Origin: Methanomassiliicoccaceae archaeon
Lineage (GTDB): Archaea > Thermoplasmatota > Thermoplasmata > Methanomassiliicoccales > Methanomassiliicoccaceae
DNA length: 64,000 nucleotides
NCBI GenBank assembly: GCA_963728405.1
Contig: CAVSJV010000005.1
Span: 288,001-352,000, forward strand
Direction of reading: 5' to 3'
The position numbers and the translations under genes are program-made. The number at the start of each line of letters is the position of its first letter. Positions within the stretch are counted from its first letter, which is position 1. The notes below the pieces were generated by a model, which searched no databases, was not told the origin of the DNA, and saw only the letters and a program-made list of their open reading frames with translations. Positions 22,182 to 31,879 of this stretch are shown piece after piece.

Positions 22182-23744
22182 CTATGGGCCGGAGTCATCC
22201 TTATCGCTCCTCATCAAGGGGCCCTCCACGTCCTGATCTCCTGCATCGGAGAGGCCGGTCCTTTTGCCCCGGATTGTCCGGTAGATCTGGTAGGTCGTAC
22301 TCCTGACAAGGTGGATTTCCTCCCCGGTAATGCCCCTCGTAATAATGAGAGAGCCAAAATAGACCAGCAGGCCAACCCCTATGCTTAACAGGATCTGGAT
22401 CATTTCTTGGGGGTTGAGCACCAAAATCACTCCCACCATGAGGGCGGCCGAAGCTACGCTCTTCACAATGAACGACCAGTCCGCCGGGAACCTAATGTAT
22501 TTGAAGGACAGGAATGCCCCCAGCAGAAGCATGGCTGCATACGCAAGCGTTGTTGCAAAGGCGGTACCGACGATCCCCAGGATCGGCGTCAAAAAGATTA
22601 CCAAAAGAACATTCGCTAACGCCGGTATGGTGTATATGGCCAGGTTCAGATGGGTCTTCTTTACCAAATAGAGTATGGTGGTCAGAATGCTCAGGATTCC
22701 GCTAAAAAGGCCGGCCATGGCGACAAATGGTATGATCGGGGAGCCTGCAGCGAAGTCGGATGTCGTCAGGGCCACGAGCAACGGTTCCGCCAGCGCAGAT
22801 AGGCCGGCCACCGCAGGGATGGCAAGCATGAGGAAGTACCTCAGAGACTTACTCAGGTAGCTCCGGACCTCGTCGAGCTCGTTGTTGTCGTACAGCCTCG
22901 ACAAGGTCGGGAATAGGACTATCTGGATTGGAGTAATGACCAGGAAAACTACCGATCCAATACCATAGGCCGCGGAATATATGCCGGCCAAGCTCAGACC
23001 CAGGATGAATGCCACAAAGTACCGGTCACTTGAATCCGTCACCCATGAGATCAGAGAACTGGGGGTCAGCGGCAGGGCGAACTTTAGATTGGGCTTAAGC
23101 AGATGGAATTTTGGCAGGCAAATACCGATATGAGATATGACCAGGCTGATGGCAATGACGAAGGTCACGATGTTCATCACCAAGGATCCGATGATCACCC
23201 CCATCAACCCATAACCTTGCGCAAGGAGGACCAGCATCACAATGAGCTGACCGAATGAGCTGAACACCGTGAGGGCGGCAAATGTCTTGAACCTTCGAAC
23301 GGTCATAAAATAGGCCGTGGATAGCGCCCCGAACGCAGAGAATGGTATGATCAGGGCAGCGACCATGAACGGTTGGGTCATTCTTCCATCCTGAAATAGG
23401 CCGAGGGCCGTAGCCTCATGGGCTATGGCCATAACGATCAAGGCGACCCCAAAACCCGTTATGGCCACGAAACTGAAGAGGGTGAAGAACTCATCCCGGA
23501 TCTCCTTTTTATCGGTCTTTGACGAAAGAAATCTGATAAGGGCCATCTGCTGTTCGAGCAGGACTACCTGGGTTAGCAACAGGACCGTGACCGAAATCTG
23601 GATCCAGATGCCATAATCCTCCACCCCCAGGGTCTTGGTGATCAGAGGGAGTATCAGAAAGTTGGCTAACCCAGTAAGTACCTGGGCAAGACCGATGACT
23701 ATGGCTTCCTTAGCGAATTCCTTGTATGACACCCGTGTTACCAT
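22182..23744 (-). CDS. Oligosaccharide flippase (Wzx/MOP family)
   Basis: LPLITKTLGVEDYG, SSDRYFV..LAGIYSAAY, about 14 TM segments. Confidence 0.88.
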   Translation of the reverse strand: MVTRVSYKEFAKEAIVIGLAQVLTGLANFLILPLITKTLGVEDYGIWIQISVTVLLLTQVVLLEQQMALIRFLSSKTDKKEIRDEFFTLFSFVAITGFGVALIVMAIAHEATALGLFQDGRMTQPFMVAALIIPFSAFGALSTAYFMTVRRFKTFAALTVFSSFGQLIVMLVLLAQGYGLMGVIIGSLVMNIVTFVIAISLVISHIGICLPKFHLLKPNLKFALPLTPSSLISWVTDSSDRYFVAFILGLSLAGIYSAAYGIGSVVFLVITPIQIVLFPTLSRLYDNNELDEVRSYLSKSLRYFLMLAIPAVAGLSALAEPLLVALTTSDFAAGSPIIPFVAMAGLFSGILSILTTILYLVKKTHLNLAIYTIPALANVLLVIFLTPILGIVGTAFATTLAYAAMLLLGAFLSFKYIRFPADWSFIVKSVASAALMVGVILVLNPQEMIQILLSIGVGLLVYFGSLIITRGITGEEIHLVRSTTYQIYRTIRGKRTGLSDAGDQDVEGPLMRSDKDDSGP

Positions 23745-24134
23745 CCGATCGATTTATGACGTTCCCTCTGGTCACAAGGGCTCCAAATAGGTTTTCCCAT
23801 CCGTACACATACAAATGTGGGTACCCCTTTCCTACCGTAAGGAGATATAGTTGGTCGTTCAGCGAGTAAACGAATCGATTAGAGGCATCCATAGATAGTT
23901 CTTTGTGATGAAAGTCGAACATGTTGGCATTTTTCGACCTTAGGCCGCAGGTATCATAAGTATGATCGAATGGGGGAGCTACATTGATTCCAGATGGGGC
24001 ATTAAGGGTTCGGAACTTTGCGTTCGGGGCGGTCGAGAACAAACATTGTTCCGTTGATTTCCAGTTTGAACTGTCCTTCAACGTAGCCAGGAGATAGTTT
24101 ATTCTAGGGTCCAATACTTTTTTTACCTTCATCC

Positions 24135-25148
24135 ATGAGCTTTATGAAGGGCGGTGCTGCCGTCGCCATTGTTGCGGTCCTTTTGCTGTCCGTTATGGTA
24201 TTGTTCATATATTCGGACGGTCAAAAAAGCGCTCCAACCCTGGACGAACGGGATTTCTCATTCATAGTCTATAGAGATGGTTCCGAGATCAGGTGCCTAA
24301 ATGCCTCATCCGGCGAGGTGAGCTTCTCCTCCCCTGATGGTAGCGACGCCATCCAGTATGCTCTGGCCTCCCTACCTCAAGGTGGAAAGGTGCTGGTGAG
24401 AGCGGGAGATTACCTTCTTACCCACACTGTGGAAATGGCTAATGATACTGAGCTTCGGGGGGTCGGCCCCGACACGGTCCTAATGGGTCAAACCAGCGTC
24501 AGTTTGCTCATCGAAGGACGGTCTAACATTACCGTGGGCTGGTTCACCCTCCGGGGCAGCGGCAACATCCTGGTGGCGGGCATCAACGCCCCTGTCAGTG
24601 ACGTCCATATCGAGGAGATAACCGCCACCATCGATTCTCTTCCCGAGGGGGTTTTCTACCTCCTCTCGTTGAGCGAGGTCGTATCCAACATCTCATTCGT
24701 CCGTTGTACTGCGCTCAACTGCGGTACCACGGGGTTTATGAACAACGGTAATCTGGACCGGGGATGGGTTGAGAACATATCATACCAACAATGTAGGGCC
24801 ATCGGTTGCGGCCTGAAAGAACGGTACAACGATTGGGTGGTGGGATTCGACCTGGCCGAGCTTGTCAATGTGAGGGGTATGAGCCTCCAGGACTGTGATT
24901 CCTCCAACAACTGGCAGTCCGGTTTCCATTTTGAAATGGTCAGCACCGTCAACAATGCAGTTCTCCGAAGCTGCTCATCCAACGATAACGGTCGGGCTAA
25001 AGGGGCCCCGGACGGCACGGGGGCAGGATGGGGGTTTACCATCTACAAGGACGCACCGAGGCACGATATACGCCTTTACAGCTGTTCGGCCTCCAACAAC
25101 TGGCATGGAGACACCAACCTAGGCACTCTCGTCCAGGTCCAGGGCTGA
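24135..25148 (+). CDS. Membrane-anchored right-handed beta-helix protein, paralog of the domains in 3506-6132
   Basis: N-terminal TM, DAIQYALASLPQGGKVLVRAGDY, RYNDWVVGFDLAE, NNWQSGFHFE. Confidence 0.75.
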   Translation: MSFMKGGAAVAIVAVLLLSVMVLFIYSDGQKSAPTLDERDFSFIVYRDGSEIRCLNASSGEVSFSSPDGSDAIQYALASLPQGGKVLVRAGDYLLTHTVEMANDTELRGVGPDTVLMGQTSVSLLIEGRSNITVGWFTLRGSGNILVAGINAPVSDVHIEEITATIDSLPEGVFYLLSLSEVVSNISFVRCTALNCGTTGFMNNGNLDRGWVENISYQQCRAIGCGLKERYNDWVVGFDLAELVNVRGMSLQDCDSSNNWQSGFHFEMVSTVNNAVLRSCSSNDNGRAKGAPDGTGAGWGFTIYKDAPRHDIRLYSCSASNNWHGDTNLGTLVQVQG

Positions 25149-25332
25149 TCCAACAGGTGAGCAGGGGGTGACAAAGGGCCTGGCGTCAGGGGCCCCATAT
25201 CCGGGAGGAATGGCCCGATTAGCGGTGAACGGCCCATACGGGGGACGTCGTTTACCATTCTGAATAGCTACTCCCGAGGAACCCCGCCGAAATATTCCCG
25301 CAAATATGCGGTGTCAAGATGGCCCCGAAAGC

Positions 25333-26338
25333 TCATCGTGCAATCTTGTTTGCCTCTGGCTCAGCCATCTTTTGACCATGCTTATCCTCGTCTCGGCGAT
25401 AGTTCAAGGCCTCAGAAAAATCGGTATTTGGCGTGCCAATGATGTGCGCAATCGAGTTCAGGGTAAGGCTGGAAATTGCCAATATGGCGCCCATGGTGGT
25501 CATGAAACCGGCCAAAATGGACTCGAATATCCAGGACCATCCGAACAGGTACGCTCCATTGATGCAGGCAAAGCCTAGCATCAGTCCCAAGATCCCCACG
25601 GTCACCCCTGGTACGCCAATATACATCAGAGGCCTTTTCAGGCTGACCAGGGTGATGACGTGGTTCATCAGACCAAAGCCCATGGTCACCGGGTGCTTCT
25701 TATGCTTATGGGGAACGTCGTAACTAACGCTGATGGGAACCTCTTTGATCTTCAGGCCTCTGGAAGCAAAATGGACGATCATGCTGGACTCCAAACCATA
25801 TCCATCTGAAGTGAAGTCCATGTTCTGCATGGCATTGGTGTTCAAGGCCCTGAACCCTGATTGAGTATCTGTGACCTTCTTTCGGGCACCTATACTGGTG
25901 GCTTTATTGAGCACTCTTTGACCGATCTGCCGGTACATTGGAATCTGGTGGGTGTTCGCGATGAACCTCGAGCCAATAACCAGGTCCGCTTCTCCGTCGA
26001 GCACCGGCTGCACGATCTTTACGATCTCATCGGAATTATGTTGGCCATCGGCATCGATCAGAACCACCACATCATAATTTTGGTTCTTTATCCTGGCCAA
26101 TCCCCTCATGACCGCATTGGCCTTGCCCCGGTTCTCCTGCAACTTAATGACCTCGGCCCCGGCCATGGCCGCGATGTCGGACTGTCCGATCGGAAGACCC
26201 ATCGTCGACCACTATGACCTTTGACACATGTTTCGCCACCCCCAAGACCACAGAACCTATAGTCAGCTCCTCATTAAATGCGGGGATCACAGCTACGATT
26301 TCTCCATGTATTGTTCTGTGGGATTCGATGTCGGACAT
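25333..26338 (-). CDS. GT2 dolichol-phosphate glycosyltransferase (DPM1-like; frameshift near 26185)
   Basis: VIPAFNEE..VVDDGSSD in ORF 26144-26425, then NRGKA, IDADGQH, IGSRF, DTQSGFRA and two C-terminal TMs. Confidence 0.87.
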
Positions 26339-26562
26339 GTTTGCACCTGGGGGGCTTGTAGTCTGTTTATCTAAAGTGGTTCCGAAACACCTTATGGTGA
26401 GCAGGGTTCCTGCCTTAAGGGGCACTTATTATCCATACCGGGCAGGTCGGATGACTAGGTGGGACGATAGGCTATTTATCATTATCTCTAGAGATTATAC
26501 CAATTGGCTAGGTAGCCAACGTCAGGGACCATCATGGAAGTCGGCCGCCGATAGGCCGTCCA

Positions 26563-26778
26563 TCAGCCCGAGGACTGAATGAAAAGGACGATCTGCAAGA
26601 TGAACAGGAACAGAAGAGGGATGATAGCCGCATTCAACAATTTGCGTAACAAGGGGGTCCCTCTACCGGAAACGGAGAGTAACTCTCGGAACAAAAGGAG
26701 AGCCACTAGGATGACAGTAACCAATGGTCCAAGGGCCTCCAGCTCTCCGACAATCGTTATCTTCAACAACCTCCTCAC
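26563..26778 (-). CDS. Small two-TM membrane protein
   Basis: 71 aa with two strongly hydrophobic stretches. Confidence 0.5.
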   Translation of the reverse strand: MRRLLKITIVGELEALGPLVTVILVALLLFRELLSVSGRGTPLLRKLLNAAIIPLLFLFILQIVLFIQSSG

Positions 26779-27062
26779 ATGAGCTGGTCAGGATGCCTCC
26801 AGCTCCAGTATGGGAGGTCCTCTTCAAGCTATTAAGAATATTCATCATCCATCTAGGCCGGCCGGTGACCGTTCTTTCACAGCGTTCTTCCCCCCCAATG
26901 GTCAGGGCGAGGTACGCCTCCAGCATAGGTGATTTAGTCTGGCCATACATCAGCGATAAGAACGATTCTGGGCATAAGGGGCAATCACCTCAGCAATGGG
27001 TCCTAATTGTCTGAACCAAGGGATAAGCGGCCAAGAAGGTTCTTGATAATCAGCTCCTGGTC

Positions 27063-27075
27063 AAAAAGGTTTATG
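27063..27075 (+). promoter_or_regulatory. BRE/TATA promoter, probably leaderless transcript of the ftsZ-like gene
   Basis: AAAAAGG-TTTATG ends ~26 nt before ATG 27101. Confidence 0.5.
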
Positions 27076-27100
27076 TTGCCTCTGTTGATAGGCCAAGGGT

Positions 27101-28021
27101 ATGTCGATCGAGCTGATCCCACTGGGTTTGGGAGAGGGCAAGGCCCGGCCCAGGTTACGCGCTATCGGCATAGGTGGAGCGGGCTGCAACGCCATATCTA
27201 GCTGTTCCTTCGACGCGGTGGCACTGTGCAACGCCCATGATTCCTTTCATTCCGCCCCTCACCACCGCAGGATCACGCTCACGGATGAGCATATCGATTT
27301 CGTGCGGTCCACCTCGCCACGACTGTTGGGGAGCATGGACCACGAATGCACCCACAAGTTGAAGGAGGCGGTCGGGGAGAGCGATCTCCTGTTCCTGTTC
27401 ACCGGACTTGGTGGGGAAACTGGAAGTCATCTGACCCCCGGGATCGCTCATTTTGCCCGCCGTTCCAGCGGACTGGTGGTCGTTTCGGCGGCACTGCCGT
27501 TCTCGGTCGAGGGATTGGGACGGCGGGAAGTGGCCAAAAAGGTCCTGCCAGATATCCTGGACGCGGCCCATCTTACCATCACATATCCGAATGATGGCCT
27601 CTTGGAGCTTACACCTAATCTCCCCCTTCGTCGCGCCTTCAAGGTCATGGACGAGATCATGTCCATACCCGCCATGGAGCTGGCCCAGGTTATCACCCGG
27701 GACGACATCACCGCCCTGCGCGCCGATCTGGCTGGCTCTCGCCACATGCGCTTCGGCATGGGCCAGGGGTCTGGCATCAGGAAAGAAGAGTTGGCCGTGG
27801 CTGATGCCCTCACCTCCCCCTGGCTCAATTTCCCTTTGCAAAAGGTCAACCTGGCGATCGTGATCATTTCTGGAGGGGAGGTGGACCACTACTCGGTGAA
27901 AGCGGTCATGGATCGTCTCATCCCCCGCATCCCGGGCGCGAAGATCCGTTATGCCACCAAGACCGACCAGTTGCTGGGGGACAAGCTGCGGGTCATGCTC
28001 CTCCTGGGTTTCAGCCCCTGA
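27101..28021 (+). CDS. Divergent FtsZ/tubulin-family protein
   Basis: IGIGGAGCNA, GLGGETGS, LPFSVEG, YPNDGLL, AFKVMDE, ALTSPWL. No C-terminal tail. Confidence 0.8.
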   Translation: MSIELIPLGLGEGKARPRLRAIGIGGAGCNAISSCSFDAVALCNAHDSFHSAPHHRRITLTDEHIDFVRSTSPRLLGSMDHECTHKLKEAVGESDLLFLFTGLGGETGSHLTPGIAHFARRSSGLVVVSAALPFSVEGLGRREVAKKVLPDILDAAHLTITYPNDGLLELTPNLPLRRAFKVMDEIMSIPAMELAQVITRDDITALRADLAGSRHMRFGMGQGSGIRKEELAVADALTSPWLNFPLQKVNLAIVIISGGEVDHYSVKAVMDRLIPRIPGAKIRYATKTDQLLGDKLRVMLLLGFSP

Positions 28022-28816
28022 TCATTCTTCCTTCAAGATCTCATCAGGAGCGTTAGCCAACGCTACCAGGGCCTGCGCTTCCATGAAGTGGAGCTTCCCT
28101 GGCATGATCATGCAGTGCAGCGGCGGACCTAGGTCCACGGTGGAGATCTCTTCTGGATAGCCGGCGAACAGCGCCTGGCGGGTCGAGCCCACCCGGGCCG
28201 CTGCGCAGAACAACGACCGCTCGGTCACCAGCCCCTTGCCGAGCCGCTTCTCGGCATCCAGCAGCCACCGCATGGCCATGGGCGCGGTCATATAGCGGCT
28301 CTCCTCCTCCTTGATGTCCAGGAGGATCAGGGTGTGAAGGCCTCGGGAGAAATTCTCCATGATGTTATCGTATGGGGACGACGGCAGGAATCCCGGCTCC
28401 GGGAACGGTATCGTCACCGTTCGGCCGAACTTGTAGGGCTGCAGGCCGAACGCCGCGGCGCAGGCCACGAAGATCGATACACCATGGACGAGGTCGGTAT
28501 GTATGCCCGCCTCGATGGCCCTAAGTCTGAGGTCCACATGCGTCGTGGCGGACATGGGATCGCCGGCGGTGATGAACGCCACCCGCTTGGTCCTGGCGGC
28601 GGCCACGATGATGTCCTTCTCTTCCACGTCGCTCCTCTTGAGCACGGTGATCTTCTTGCCGATGAACGACTCCAGCTCTTTGGCCGTGGAATCGATCAGC
28701 TTCGAGGTATAGAACTCGGCAAAGATCTCATCGCTGTTGCGCAGGGTGGTCAAGGCCCTTACGCTCATGTCCTCGGGTTTGGACATCCCTAAACCGACAA
28801 ATATCAATTCGCCCAT
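28022..28816 (-). CDS. dph5: Diphthine synthase
   Basis: MGELIFVGLG, AEFYTS, GDPMSATTHVDL, GLQPYKFGRTVT, GLHTLILLDI, GPPLH, LHFME. Confidence 0.93.
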   Translation of the reverse strand: MGELIFVGLGMSKPEDMSVRALTTLRNSDEIFAEFYTSKLIDSTAKELESFIGKKITVLKRSDVEEKDIIVAAARTKRVAFITAGDPMSATTHVDLRLRAIEAGIHTDLVHGVSIFVACAAAFGLQPYKFGRTVTIPFPEPGFLPSSPYDNIMENFSRGLHTLILLDIKEEESRYMTAPMAMRWLLDAEKRLGKGLVTERSLFCAAARVGSTRQALFAGYPEEISTVDLGPPLHCMIMPGKLHFMEAQALVALANAPDEILKEE

Positions 28817-28826
28817 TGGCAACACC

Positions 28827-29846
28827 GTGCGCTCCATCTGCCTGAAGGTGCCGAGAGGTGAAGCAGAGTCCACCCGTAAGAGGCTTTTAACGGACGGCCT
28901 TCTGGACATCTCCCTGCGCATCCACAGGGATGGGGAGTACATTTTTCTTCCGGTCACCTCGGATAAGGCTGCGGGGCTGGGATACGAGATCGTCGAACTG
29001 GAACTGGACGCTCGAGAGGTGGCCGAGACCGACTACCGCGCCATGATGGCCGTGCCCGCCGAGGTCCGGGAAAGGCTCCCCACGTCCTTCGACGTCATCG
29101 GGGACGTCGCCATCGTCCGGTTGGACGACGAAGTCCTGCCGCACGCTCGGGCGGTGGGGCAGGCGCTCATGAGGACCTTTCCTCGGTTGCGGACGGTGGC
29201 ACTGGACCGCGGGGTCAAGGGCGAGCTGAGGGTCCGCGACCTGGAGGTGGTGGCAGGGGAGGAGCGCACCGAAACGGTACACACCGAGTTCGGCATTCGG
29301 CTCCTTATCGACCCGGCCAAGGTGTACTTCAACCCTCGACTCTCGAACGAGCGTAGCAGGATCGCCGCCCTGGTGCGGGACGGCGAGACCGTGGTGGACA
29401 TGTTCGCGGGGGTCGGTCCCTTCTCCATCATGATCGCCAAGCACGCCAAGCCGGAGATCGTCTACGCCATGGACCTGAACCATGATGCGGTGGAGTACAT
29501 GAAGATGAACATTCAGCTGAACAAGGTGACCACGGTGCTGCCGATCGAGGGCGACGCCCGCCAGCTGGTGTTCGATGTACCATGTGCGGACCGGATCATC
29601 ATGAACCTGCCCCACTCGGCGAGGGAGTTCTTTCACGACGCGCTCACCCGTCTGAAGCTGGGGGGGATGATCCACTTCTACACCATCTGCGAGCGGGACG
29701 ACATCGATGCCATCCTCGAACGCATGGTCACCGAGGCCGCGGGCATGGGGGTGCTGGTGACCATCATGCGCCGGGAGGAGCTGAAGACCTACTCACCGTC
29801 GATGAGCGTCTTCTCCGCGGACATCGGCCTGGTTGACTGGTGCTAG
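28827..29846 (+). CDS. trm5: tRNA (guanine-37-N1) methyltransferase, Trm5/Taw22 family
   Basis: SFDVIGDVAI, KVYFNPRLSNER, VDMFAGVGPFSI, DRIIMNLP. Likely GTG start at 28827. Confidence 0.88.
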   Translation: MRSICLKVPRGEAESTRKRLLTDGLLDISLRIHRDGEYIFLPVTSDKAAGLGYEIVELELDAREVAETDYRAMMAVPAEVRERLPTSFDVIGDVAIVRLDDEVLPHARAVGQALMRTFPRLRTVALDRGVKGELRVRDLEVVAGEERTETVHTEFGIRLLIDPAKVYFNPRLSNERSRIAALVRDGETVVDMFAGVGPFSIMIAKHAKPEIVYAMDLNHDAVEYMKMNIQLNKVTTVLPIEGDARQLVFDVPCADRIIMNLPHSAREFFHDALTRLKLGGMIHFYTICERDDIDAILERMVTEAAGMGVLVTIMRREELKTYSPSMSVFSADIGLVDWC

Positions 29847-30311
29847 TGTGATCCCGTTCTGTCCCTGATAGTTCCCGCTCCTCTTCTCGTAGGTGAGGTG
29901 GGCTGGGGAGTGCAGCGTCTCGAAGATCATCTGCACGAACCGGCTACCGATGGGGACCTCGACCGGGTTCGGCGATACGTTGACGGCCATGAACGTGAGG
30001 GTCCCCCTGAACCCCGCATCCACCTTGCCCAGCCCGGCCAGGAGCCCTTTCTGATCCACGAGGTCCGCAGCCACAGCTGGGCGCACAACGAGGACGGGAG
30101 CTCGACCCCTTCCACGGTGGAGATGAAGAACATCGAGCCGGGAGCGATGACCGCCAAGCCCCTCCCTGACCACTGGGCCGCCGGGGACCGAGACCTCGGC
30201 GATGCGTAGGTCATAGCCGTTGGGGGTGAGGGACGCATCCGAGTAGTTCTCGATCTTCAGCTCGCCGTTCTTGACACGTTCGAGGATCTCATGGTCGGGC
30301 AGGACGCACAT
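29793..30311 (-). CDS. dcd: dCTP deaminase/dUTPase family (two compensating frameshifts near 30160 and 30050)
   Basis: LTPNGYDLRI, LWLRTSWIRKG (alternate frame), GKVDAGFRGTLT, RFVQMIF, YQGQ. Confidence 0.85.
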   Translation of the reverse strand: MCVLPDHEILERVKNGELKIENYSDASLTPNGYDLRIAEVSVPGGPVVREGLGGHRSRLDVLHLHRGRGRAPVLVVRPAVAADLVDQKGLLAGLGKVDAGFRGTLTFMAVNVSPNPVEVPIGSRFVQMIFETLHSPAHLTYEKRSGNYQGQNGITLAPVNQADVRGEDAHRR

Positions 30312-30659
30312 GTACCCTCATCGACATCCTGGTAAAAAATGGAACTCATGGTGGGGCCGTGGCGGCCGGGTCAAGCCGCACGTTGGCCGCCATTCCCGTC
30401 CCAGGCACTGGGCATCACTAATGACAACCGTTTCCGGACGATCTTATACTCTGGAACGCGATAAAAGTTACAGCGGGGAGAAGCCCCATAGCATTCCGTT
30501 ATGCTTATGCCTCCTCCTAACCATCTCCCCCGCTGAGACTTTCCCTTCCAGCATATCGATCGATATCGCTGGAGCATGACATCATCCAGTGCGTTTTAGG
30601 TATCGTACAAATTAAAATAGAGGGTCTAGTTGTTACGCTCAGCCACAGTGGCGATATAA

Positions 30660-31730
30660 GTGAATATAAAGACCCGTAAGGTTAGGAAGAGCAGGCTAAG
30701 CGAGGTCGACTTCGACCATCTGAGCTTCGGGGAGACCTTCTCCGATCATATGTTCCAGATGGACTATGCCCAGGGGACGTGGCAGGAACCAAAGATCGTC
30801 CCTTTCGGCAAGATCGAGGTATTGCCTTCTTTGTCCACTCTCCACTATGGGCAGAGCGTCTTCGAGGGCCTGAAGGCCTTCCGAGCCAAGAACGGCGGTG
30901 TGAACATCTTCCGGCCGGACAAGCACGCCGAGAGGATGTGGCACTCTTCTGACCGGCTGTGCATCCCCCGGGTGGACAAGGATGTGTTCATCGAGGCCGT
31001 GGATGCCCTGGTCAAGCTGGACTACAAGTGGATACCCTCCAGCAAGGGGACGTCGCTTTACATCAGACCATTGACCTTCGCGACCGAGGACTACATCGGG
31101 GTGCGGGTCTCGGAAAAGTACTCGTTCTACATCATGACCGGGCCGGTCGGTGCATACTACAAAGAAGGGTTCAACCCGGTCCGCCTGATGACCTCCGGGG
31201 AGTTCGTCCGGGCGGTCCGAGGTGGTCTCGGCGAAGCGAAGACCGCGGCCAACTACGCCGCGTCCCTGCTGCCCGCCTACGAGGCCAAGAAGAAAGGGTA
31301 CGCCCAGGTCATCTGGTTGGATGGCATCGAGGAGAAGTACATCGATGAGGTGGGCACGATGAACATCTGTTTCGTCAAGGACGGCAAGCTCATCACCCCG
31401 CCGCTGGAAGGTGGGACCATCCTCGCCGGTATCACCAGGGACAGCGTTCTGCATCTCGCCCGGCACTGGGGCATGGGGGTCGAGGAACGCCGCATCACCA
31501 TCGACGAGGTCATGTCCTCCATTAAGGACGGCAGCATGACCGAGGTCTTCGGGACCGGCACCGCGGCGGTCATCTCGCCGGTGGGGGAGATATTCCACAA
31601 GGGCGAGACGGCCATCATCAACGAGAACAAGATCGGCCCGATGGCCCAAAAGCTGTTCGACGAGATCACTGGCATCCAGTACGGCGAACGGCCCGACCCC
31701 TTCGGCTGGGTCCGTCATGTCGACGTCTGA
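30660..31730 (+). CDS. ilvE: Branched-chain amino acid aminotransferase (bacterial-type, class IV)
   Basis: FSDHM, LHYGQSVFEGLKA, EAKTAANYA, EVGTMN, ILAGITRDS, GTGTAAVISPV. TATA-like TTAAAATA at ~30612. Confidence 0.95.
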   Translation: MNIKTRKVRKSRLSEVDFDHLSFGETFSDHMFQMDYAQGTWQEPKIVPFGKIEVLPSLSTLHYGQSVFEGLKAFRAKNGGVNIFRPDKHAERMWHSSDRLCIPRVDKDVFIEAVDALVKLDYKWIPSSKGTSLYIRPLTFATEDYIGVRVSEKYSFYIMTGPVGAYYKEGFNPVRLMTSGEFVRAVRGGLGEAKTAANYAASLLPAYEAKKKGYAQVIWLDGIEEKYIDEVGTMNICFVKDGKLITPPLEGGTILAGITRDSVLHLARHWGMGVEERRITIDEVMSSIKDGSMTEVFGTGTAAVISPVGEIFHKGETAIINENKIGPMAQKLFDEITGIQYGERPDPFGWVRHVDV

Positions 31731-31879
31731 AACGCCTTCCCATCTTCTCATTTTTCCATTGGTCGCACGCTCTAGATGCATCCAACTGCGGCAAGGATAA
31801 TATATATGGTCCAACATTAACCGACAGTTGGATGTATCATCCAACATCCTTGGATGATCACTCTTCGGAGGAAGTTCAT

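Noticed and set aside
23710-24132. 140-aa minus-strand ORF between the flippase and the beta-helix gene
   Set aside because: AT-rich divergent promoter region with no protein-like motifs; probably spurious.
2981-27100. tRNA-integrated provirus or ICE
   Set aside because: No integrase, no duplicated tRNA 3' end seen, and no viral or conjugation genes.
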